Below, piece after piece: positions 54,337-64,000 of a stretch of 64,000 nucleotides of DNA (position 1 is the stretch's first letter; the number at the start of each line of letters is the position of its first letter). The DNA is taken from positions 186,001-250,000 of the forward strand of contig JAHLTZ010000008.1 of NCBI GenBank assembly GCA_025786725.1, in the 5' to 3' direction. A program made the position numbers and the translations under genes. A model generated the notes under the pieces. The model searched no databases and was not told the origin of the DNA. It saw nothing but the letters and a program-made list of their open reading frames with translations. Source of the stretch: Syncephalis fuscata S228. Its lineage: Eukaryota > Fungi > Zoopagomycota.

Positions 54337-54455
54337 AACTACGTTCATTGCGCCTAGAAAGCACCGGATCCCGTCCGATCTCCGAAGTTAAGTTAGGCCG
54401 CGCTTCTGTAGTACTGCGGTGGGGGACCACGCGGGAATGAGAAGTAATGTAGTTT
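54337..54455 (+). rRNA. 5S rRNA (119 nt), dispersed copy
   Basis: 5' AACTAC pairs with 3' GTAGTT. Conserved GAAAGCACCGGATCCCGTCCGATCTCCGAAGTTAAG and GTACTGCGGTGGGGGACCACGCGGGAA. Confidence 0.93.
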
Positions 54456-54461
54456 CAGTAT

Positions 54462-54532
54462 GCGTAGTTGGTTTAGTGGTATAATTACCGCCTGCCACGC
54501 GGTAGACCGGGGTTCGATTCCCCGACTACGCA
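54462..54532 (+). tRNA. tRNA-Gly (GCC), intronless
   Basis: Acceptor stem GCGTAGT/ACTACGC-A, D-arm TGGTTTAGTGG, anticodon arm ACCGC-CTGCCAC-GCGGT, T-loop GGTTCGATTCC. Confidence 0.97.
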
Positions 54533-54536
54533 ATCC

Positions 54537-54546
54537 TTTTGCTTTT
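54537..54546 (+). terminator. Pol III terminator candidate (TTTTGCTTTT)
   Basis: First T4 runs downstream of the 5S-tRNA pair. Confidence 0.6.
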
Positions 54547-54881
54547 GCTGCGCCTGGAAGGTCACGTGACCTATTTAGTAAAAACTGCATACGCGAGCTA
54601 TATACGATGCTTGGTGTTGTTTTTACTATGTTCAGTAGCGATAATTGGTGAGTAGACAAAAGTACAATATTTATTTGACTAAATTGTCATAATTGATTGT
54701 ATAAAAAAGTAACAGATATTTGATTAATTTTATTTGTATGTATATTATTATTACAATAAATATGCTGTTTCAAGTGCATTATAGAAAGTAAATAAAATCA
54801 TTTGGTTTAAATATATAACATACACATTAATCCAATATATGACTATGTAAATTGTTTTAATTAGTGTTCAAAACAATAGTT

Positions 54882-56975
54882 CTATTTTGAACCAAACTCT
54901 TTGTTAAATTCACGGCCAATCAGCATACGACGGATCTCACTGGTACCAGCACCGATCTCATACAGCTTAGCATCGCGTAAAATGCGGCCGGTATCAAAAT
55001 CATTAATGTAGCCATTACCACCTAAAGAATTATATAAGTATAGTATACAGACGTGATAAATAGACCTACCTAAACATTGGATAGCATCTAGTGCAACTTC
55101 AGTGGCACGTTCAGCAGCATATAAAATGGCACCGGCACAATCCTAATTTATATAAAATTGTAAATTATTGTTATTATTGTTGTCCATTACACTGGTATGT
55201 ATATACCTTATTGCTAATGTGGCCATTATCACAGGCACGGGCAACTGCGTATGTATAGGCTCGTGATGCACTTAGCTTGTATACATGTCTGCAAGCTTTC
55301 CTTGCAATAGCTAACCAAATGATAAAAGTCAACTAACTATCAATAATATATTACTAAACATACCTGGAATTCGCCAATGGCTTGACCAAACTGTTTACGC
55401 TCGTGTACATATTTGACTGTAATATCAAGGCTAGACTGCATTAGACTAGTTGTATCCAATAAAAATGTTAGCTGTGCCCTTCAAATAACATATGCGCTTA
55501 CCCAATTGGTCCGGCCGACAACACCAAACGTTCTAGATCCAGTCCGCTCATCAATACGTACACGCCCTTTCCTTCTTGGCCAAGTATGTTTTCAGCTAAT
55601 TAAGTATATAGCCAATTAGCAAGTGATTAGTCCGTGTATTTTGTAACTTACCAGGCACTACACAATTCTCAAACACCAATTCGCAAGTATTGGAGCCTCG
55701 CATTCCAAGTTTATCAAGTTTCTGAGATGTACTAAAGCCTTTCATGCCCTATTAATGTCAATCAATTGATACGTCTATAGTTATCAGTGCCAAACTGCTA
55801 ACCTTTTCTACAAGGAAAGCTGTAATACCACGTGGGCCAGCACTTGGATCAGTCTTGGCATAAACTACAAGCACATCGGCATCTGGGCCATTGGTAATCC
55901 ACATCTTTGTACCATTTAATATGTAATTGTCACCTATAATAATAATAATAATAATGATAATAATATTAATAATGTCAGTCGACAATATTATAATATACAA
56001 ATAGTTATTAATAATTACCATCACGCTTTGCCTTTAATCGCATAGAGACAACATCAGAGCCAGATGTAGCCTCGCTCATTGCTAGTGCACCAACATGTTC
56101 ACCAGTAATCAACTTCAAATGTATTAATAATAGTTAATAAATTACAAATCTAACTACCTTTGGTAAATACTTTCCTTTTGTGCATCATTGGCATTACGAA
56201 CAATTTGATTGACACACAGATTCGAGTGTGCACCATAACTAAGTCCAACTGATCCAGAGGCACGAGACAACTCTTCCATGGCAATGACATGATACATGTA
56301 TCCCATGCCCATACCACCATATTTCTCTAATAATATGAAGTAATGAATACACGTGGCATCATTAAGTCATATAGCCATAAAGATGGATGATTAACTTACC
56401 TGGTGCAGTAATACCAAGTAAGCCCATATCACCCATTTTACGCCACATATCCTATTATTATCATTGTTATGGTTGGAAGGTATTTAATCATGCACAATCT
56501 ACGACTAAACAATTACCATAGGAAATTGGTTCTCCTTATCAATAGCTAAGGCGCGTGGTGCTAATTCACGCTGAGCAAATGCGTTCACTGCCGTTTGAAA
56601 CTAACAGAGAGAGATATATATACATATCAATATGTTGATATGTTAGTATTAAATACAGTAAGGTATTGTGTATTTGTAACTTACATCAGACTGTTCCTCA
56701 GTAAGACCAGCCACATAAGCATTATATGTGCTTGTTGCCATAGTGGCGCGGAACGATGACTAGTCCATTAAGTAATAAGTATATAATGGCGTAATTGCCT
56801 AGTTTAATAACAACGCCTACCTGTACAGCCAGTCGGCGAAGAATAGAAGGTGACGGCCGAAGATACGTGCTAGAGACATTGCTAGAGCTTGTTGGCTTGG
56901 TTAAAAGTTGATTGAACAAACGAGGTGTGGGAAAAAGAAACAAGGCCTACTTGTTGACAACATTAATAAAGCCAT
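54882..56975 (-). CDS. IVD: Isovaleryl-CoA dehydrogenase, mitochondrial, many introns (start approximate)
   Basis: [67 protein letters not shown]. Confidence 0.93.
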
Positions 56976-57247
56976 GCTTGCTAACAATAAAACTGCAACA
57001 TTAAATTACTATATAAATAATAATATTATATGTATAAGATTTATAATATTGTACAAGTTATCTTTCAATACATCAAGTATTTCAGGCAAGTAACGTTTTA
57101 ATTAATTAATTAGTTGTTATTAATAAATAGTGTTAAATACTAATAGATTTAATCACTTTTATCATTATTATTAATTAATAAACGTAATTAATAAACAATT
57201 AAGTAATCTACAGTTGCTTTAATGTTAGCTTTTATTTATTAAAGTGT

Positions 57248-58041
57248 TTAAAGCTCGTCTCTAGCTTCATCTTCATCTTCAACTTCCTTCTCTTCTTCCT
57301 CTTCCTTCTCTTCATCTTCCTTTTCGATATCAGCCTCGGCCACTGGCGTATCATCTGATTTCTCAGCATCAGCATCAGCATCCAAATCTTCAGCTGCTGT
57401 CTTGTCATCCTGAGGCTTATTACCAGCCTCGGCAAATCCTTTGTACATTTCCTCGGCCATATCTCTTGGGAACATGGCAAAGATCTTTTCAATATCTTCC
57501 TTATTAAGATTGGCAGTTGATTCATCTTTTGGCAATGAATCAGCAATTTGTGCATACATTTCATCTGTAAGCTTAAATGGCTCTTCATCAGCCTTGGGTG
57601 CTTCTGTATTTATATCATTTGTAGATTCATCTTCTGTCTCTTTCTCTTCGTCTTCAGCTTCCTTCTCTTCCTTCTCTTCTGTCTTCACATCTTTTTCTTC
57701 TTCCTCTTTAGTTTCTTCCTCTTCTTCTTTGTCTCTCCCTTTACGGGTACATCTGCATTTTCCAATACAGTATCAATAAAATCTCTCTTTTCGGCACAGC
57801 CTAGACAATTAACATCGCGTTCTGTCAAAAACTGTTTTAGCTTTTTAATTGGCCATTTTGACACTTCTTCTTGCGTAAGAGAAGCAGTTGGTTTGGTTTC
57901 GGTCTCTAATCATTCAAAAACACCAATAAACAAGTTAGCACTAGTTGCAAACACAGTCTAGCACTTCTTACCTGTTGCCGACGCAGTAGACAGCACAAAA
58001 GCGGCTGCTACAAGTGTAATGATTAACGTGCGCTTTAGCAT
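57248..58041 (-). CDS. ER-luminal acidic protein with a MANF/ARMET C-terminal SAP-like CxxC domain
   Basis: Signal peptide MLKRTLIITLVAAAFVLSTASA, one intron, KWPIKKLKQFLTERDVNCLGCAEKRDFI, Glu-rich tail ending RDEL. Confidence 0.75.
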
Positions 58042-58220
58042 AATTGTTTATATAGTGTATATCAACTAAAGTTTCTTTAGTTGGAAATAGCCAGGCTAGC
58101 TTAGTAGATGGGAATGAAGTTAGAGCTGATGAATAAAGATGAGCTTGGATGAGCTAGCTATCAATAAAAACTCTCATAGTTATAACTTTTAGTGCCGCTT
58201 TAGGCTTCTGGCTTTTATTT

Positions 58221-58940
58221 TACTTTGCACACCCCATTCAGCAAATCATTTTACGCAATCGATCGTAATAAATTGAATAATTTATTTGTGTTTAAATCAT
58301 CATTCAAATAAATATTAACGTAATGTTATTGTCCATTATTATTTCCATAAAATAGAATTGATTAAATGTAATTGAAAATCGTATTAGTAACTGTTATTCT
58401 AAACATTTAAATAACAATGTAACATACCATTTGATTTCTTTAAAACATTTAAAATTGCTTATTATTATTATCCATGTGTAGAAAGATTGATTAAACATTA
58501 ATAGAAGTAACATGATTGCAATTCCATATCATTCTGCATTTGTTGTTATTGCATCTATGTACATCTTATATTATTGCATCTGAATAATATTTTCTATTTT
58601 CTAATATTGTACTATTGCATTTTAGGCATATTTGCGATATAAATTAATATTAATATAATTAGTATAAAGTCGTTTATTAAACAGCTACTTTCCCTATAGC
58701 TAATCTGACTAAATAAATGGCATTTGAACAATTAAATTCATAATGACAATATACATATCAAAGCAATAATAAAGATAACTAATTAATTACATTATTGTAT
58801 TGATAATTACATATAAATTAATTAATGTTGGATGTAATATTATACATGTTATAGCGATGAATAAGTGTTTAATTGTATTTAAAAGTATTAAGAAAAAGGT
58901 GATGAAATGGATAAATAAAAATGTGAGAGTACAATAGCCC
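58221..58940 (-). mobile_element. Non-autonomous TIR element (MITE-like family A), copy 3, diverged, reverse orientation
   Basis: 58240-58645 is a reverse-complement homologue of 9760-10150. 58898-58940 is the reverse complement of the family's left end; TACTTTGCACACCCCATT at 58221 matches the TIR. Confidence 0.65.
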
Positions 58941-59118
58941 CAAATTTCTAAACTACATCGGCTCAGTTCGCGTTTTTTTTACTTGCTGTCAATTCATTTT
59001 TTCATATGCCTTTTTGGGAATCGTCGCTTGTAATTCCTATATTTTTATGCAATACGATCTACTTATGAAGACGGTGGTATAAGTGCTGTTTAAATACCAG
59101 CCTCTACTACAAGTTGTT

Positions 59119-62100
59119 ATGGTGGTGCCAACAGCAGTAGAAGACAAGCAGGCTTTATTAAATACAATGCGAAAAAGCACGACCAGAGAAGGAGAACGGG
59201 TGAGTCGTGAGCGCGTAAATCGATTTCGCGCGCAATTTCTTCAATATGACGCGCCTCCGCCGCGTATTACAGCACCGTTAACTGAAACTATTACGCGACC
59301 TGCATCGCCAACCTTTGACGTAGCTTCAGTTGATAAACTATCAAATAGTATTGGTAAGTAATAATTGGTTACTATTCATAGCTTTTACTAATATTTGTAT
59401 TCATAGTGACGGAATCACCAACTAAGAAACGACTACCATCTACATCGTCATTTCTACCATGTTATATTTTAAACGACGAACAGTCAATACCATGGCCATT
59501 AAAATCAGATACAATTGAATCTAACAATAAAATGGCACTCATTGAAGAATTCCCCCCAATAGAAGATATCCTATTAGGTGACCAGTTACATGAATGGACT
59601 ACAACAATGTCACAACGACCATCAAATGATATTAGTGGCTCAAATACTCATATTAATACAAATCCAAATTCAACTATAAATACTATTGAGTTAATAGAAG
59701 ATTCCATGTCAACTATTATTTCTACTGAACATCTATCGTCTCAAGAATATGCTCAAGCTATGATAGCTTCACCATCCACATCTAATGGCGCAGTATCATC
59801 GGCTATTCAAGAAAGACATCAATATCCACTCCGTCAAAGAAAAGCCATATCTCTATTTCCATACACGCTCAACACATGGACCCGACATGATAATATACCA
59901 GTAGAACATACTGTTGATACAAGTATATTATATGAACCAATGCAGGATAACACTGAAGAAGCGGCTAATTATCATGAATTAGAACACAACTTTATGCCAC
60001 ATGATAGTGAAACAGATACTATAGAACATTTACCATCAATACAAAGTTCTTCTAATCGTCGACCAAAAACAAGACGACAACCAACATCGGGCGTATTAAT
60101 GGATAATTCCATTGATGAACAAGAGAATATACCATTAATGGAATTAATTGCTCGTCGTCTTGTAGAACGAGCACAACAACAACAACAAGTAACAAAAAAT
60201 TTATTACTAAATACTACTATAACAAAGACCAATAGTACATCTATGTCACCAACACTATCGACACTATCACCATCACCATCACCATCTTCTAATGTACACT
60301 TTAGTAATGTTATTACGGTCTTATCAAGCGATGAAGAAGAATCTACAACAGCCAATTCAAATAATCGTCGAACAAAACGACGTATTCTTGAATCAAGTGA
60401 ATCAGAAAACGAATTATTTGTATCAGACCAAGAAGAACAAATAGCAGTGCCTATTCGCTATAAAGTACCACGTAAAGTAACTGCTGGAGATCTTCGAGGA
60501 AAATTACCTGCTTCATTTATTAAAGTTAATCAATTAGATCAATGGCATCGACGATCTACACCTGCTATGACATCTTTACACTCTAATAGAATAACACCGG
60601 TCAATACTTTTAATGAATCTGGATCTGAATTAATGCCACACACCTCACCAGTACTTCTTCCAATGGATGCACTTGATACTGTACATGAAGATGTATTTGC
60701 TAGAGATGAACCATTATCAGATCCTATTACAGCTCATCTTTCAATATCTAATAATAACGAACATGATAACATGTCGTTAGATGAATCAATTGATCTATTA
60801 GATGATATGGAACAGCCATTGGATGATGTATCATCAAGTGATATGGAAGACAATACCTTCCATCCTGGTTATTTTCCATTTAATAGCTCAATTACACGTA
60901 AATACACATTAAATACCAATAATAAGACTACAAGACCTTCATCTCAGCCCAAACCATTAAATACACGACTTTTATCGCATTCTAAACAGCAATCAAATAC
61001 ACGACCACTTTGTAAATCAACTGTAAAATATCCATCATATCAACGTAAAAATACCACAAGTCATGTATCAACCAACAGAGCACGTAAAACATTTACTAGT
61101 AATCCAGTTCAATCACGACTTCGTTCTTCAATATCTGTAAATCCGTTTTTACGTAATTATCATCAATATATAGTACAGTATAAACAACATAATGCATCTA
61201 GACGCTCTTTATCACCCCCTCAATTCCTTACTATTGCTCATCGACAACTATGCCGTCCATTATCAACCAATGTTACCGCTTATTACGATGTTCCACGTCA
61301 AAAGCTAATATCCATACAAGAACCAGCGATGAAACGACACGCAGCTAGAAAAAGACTATTATTGTAAGTAGTTGATAATTACATATTTGCTATTTATACT
61401 AAATGATCTACTATCTAGTAAATCAGCACCAAGTAGTGGTCGATCCATTAATGACAATATGAATCAACAGCTATCACCAAATGTTGATACTACAACGAAT
61501 CATATTACATTAAATGATCTACCTTGTCCGACAAATAGTAATTATAATAGAGTGATTAGACTAACTATCAAGGATGCCTTTAATTATTATAAAAATGCTG
61601 GAGACGATAGAGATGCCATAGCACGGGAATGGCAGTGCTTTAATCATTCTATTAGTCTATTATCTGATAGAACAACGCTATTACAGCTGATACCATTTCA
61701 ATTAACTTGTATTATAGACTATTTACGTAGTCTATTACTTGTATCGGATACTCAACCATACAGCGGATCTAATAAGGAAGAGACTTGTCGACAAGTATTC
61801 GATATGATTAATTTATTTATTCGGAAACAGTTTATTCATCCACAAATACTACCGCCTTCTTTAGAGGAAACTGCATCTTTTGTATCATTGCTAGAACAGT
61901 TCTTTTATCAACTTGTTCCACTAATGGATACATTAACTGATGTAACTATTGATAGACCAGGCATATCGTTACTTGTAGAAACAAAAAGTGCTACTATCCA
62001 ATGGCTTAGTCTATTAGGGATGCCTGTTTTGTGGCAATCTCAACCCATAGATGATCATTCTAGTCCATCAGATGTAGCATATCAAGCAGCTAGTCTATCG

Positions 62101-64000
62101 TCACAAGTAGCAGTGCAACTATTGCCACTACTCTATCAATTAACAAATACACCTATTATTGCTATATTAAAGACTATGTATACAGGCGATTATGGCATCC
62201 TCCAATTAAAGATCAATGGCTTGTTGAAGCGTGGTGTGTCATTATACGACTACTTGGACCTGACGATTTCTGGCGCGAATTTAATATTCTACTTTGTCGT
62301 TCACTTGGTCATCAGGAAGTACGGCATTTACCAATCACTAATTGGTCATTGTTATCGGATCGTATCTCTTCTAATGATCGTGACAATTACGTCAATGGAT
62401 TATTGTGGGTGCTCATTTAGAAAGATTGGCCTTTAAGAGTGAACAAGATAATTACCCTACAGCACTGCATCGTATTAAATATTATGAGCGTGATACGAAT
62501 TGGACACTCTTACATTTACTTATTAAAGCAGCCATTGAGCAAGGAACACCACGTATTATTGAAGCATTATTTACGACAAGTTGGCAGTGTGTCACTTGGT
62601 TTGAATGGACAGCAAGTATACCATTAATTAAACTCGCTTATCAATACTTTGATCAGCAGCAATTTATGGATAGTCAATATCCAGCCGTATTTTCATCGTT
62701 TCTTGAACTGATTCGAACGAGTATAACATCGATGGTGGAACAGTAAGTATTGGCTGGATAGTATATTAACCATGTTATCTAATTATATTATAATATTCTA
62801 GTATCAATACACGTAATGATGTGGATCGTACACATGAATTGCGTCTATTATCGGGTCTAGTATCGCGTCTTATTCCAACCCGTATTATAAGATTTTCTTC
62901 TAATTTAAATGATCCTTCGTTATCTCGTGTATTGTCACAGCGACATGGGCAATTATACAATCATTGTATGCTTATTCTAACACTGGCCGATGCCACCTTA
63001 TCCATTATTGATAGACCATTTGCCGATTTGCTATTTCAATTTCTGCCACCAGATACTACAGATATTGCAGCCAAGCGTATCTGTCTTGATCAATGTAGTC
63101 AATTGGTGCATATCTATTATCGCCATGAACGTGTACCTATTGATGTATTGGCTGTATTGTCACATCAATTACAATTGCCTATAACGACTATAATTCATCA
63201 TCAACAGTTATAGATCAATCAAATTTGAGTACATTATGGAGGGCAAAACAGACGGCCAAGGAACAATGGATTGAATCAATACTGATGCAGTATACACGGA
63301 TATTAACGGGTATTGCACGTCAGTTTAGTAGTAATCTAAATGCTTTATCGCCATTATTACTTGATCAAGGTAAATGGTTTGTACTATTTGATTAACTAGT
63401 TAATTAACCTAATTTCCTTCTACTATGATATAGCTTGGTATCAAGTTGTTACGGCAACGAATCAAAGATTTCCAGCACAAATTCGTAAATGCGCACTTCA
63501 ATTGGCTCAAAAAATCTTAGATGCTTGGGTATCTTTACCAATAATAACCACGACTATGACTGAACCATGTAAGTTGGAATTGATAGAATAATAGTGCATA
63601 TGTAGTAATATAATTACAGATGATATAGAAATGCAAATACAAAAGGTAATTAATTAATTAATTATAGATAATAGAGTATAGAGTATAGACTAATTAAAGC
63701 TATTAAAAGACTATAGATCAGTATTTACTTGTACCATTACACCAGCTTATTCTACGCGGATCTATTCACAGTGGGTATTAATAAAACATAGAAATTAGAT
63801 ATTGATATAATATAATACTAGATTTACTACCATTAGGAGAAGAGAAAACAGTCAAGGATGCAATATTTGTACAATTCATTGAACTATTTGCTCATTGTAC
63901 ATGGGCCATGGTACGACGTCGTGCAAAGGTAATGACTATTCAAATAGTGAATATGCATAATTAAACAACCATTGCTATTATTTAGTCATGGGAAAGTTTT
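59119..64000 (+). CDS. Mus7/MMS22-like DNA repair protein, multi-exon, runs off the window end
   Basis: YPLRQRKAISLFPYTL and LRGKLPASFI resemble the N-terminal motifs of fungal Mus7/Mms22 as I recall them; a large helical region follows. Confidence 0.6.

Noticed and set aside
47472-54348. Hydrophobic ORFs 47472..47699, 48573..48962, 53260..53496, 53616..54014 and 54062..54295 as membrane proteins
   Set aside because: They lie in AT-rich repeat-derived DNA, and their composition reflects base bias.
54393-54659. ORFs overlapping the 5S/tRNA pair
   Set aside because: Chance translations of structural RNA genes.

Overview
AT-rich, intron-dense eukaryotic DNA with short GT-AG introns and CTAAY branch points. 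It looks like an early-diverging fungus; a Zoopagomycota/Syncephalis-like origin is my inference only. About 25 protein genes are present: homeobox TF, TPT1, ERG3, Bet1-like SNARE, HAUS3-like, OST5/TMEM258, a P450, Slm1-like BAR-PH, TFIIF alpha, glutaredoxin, BAF60/Snf12, ERG11, HIS3, MAD1, WW protein, F-box, ricin-B lectin, IVD, MANF/ARMET-like and MMS22-like. There are also a 5S rRNA and tRNA-Gly, two families of non-autonomous inverted-repeat elements and a 26-bp minisatellite. The main observation, invisible to the ORF track, is a family of tiny secreted-peptide genes built from 3-nt exons. At 22402-23125 a signal-peptide exon is followed by seven consecutive 3-nt exons, each with canonical splice sites. 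A second, truncated 3-nt-exon array lies at 39600-40163. An intronless paralogue at 10298-10435 matches the signal peptide of the first locus and the spliced C-terminus plus 3' UTR of the second, as a retrocopy would. The second highlight is a 5S rRNA gene 6 nt upstream of tRNA-Gly(GCC) with no terminator between them, suggesting a 5S-tRNA dicistronic Pol III transcript. Single-base deletions in conserved genes point to assembly errors, so individual frameshifts should be read cautiously.
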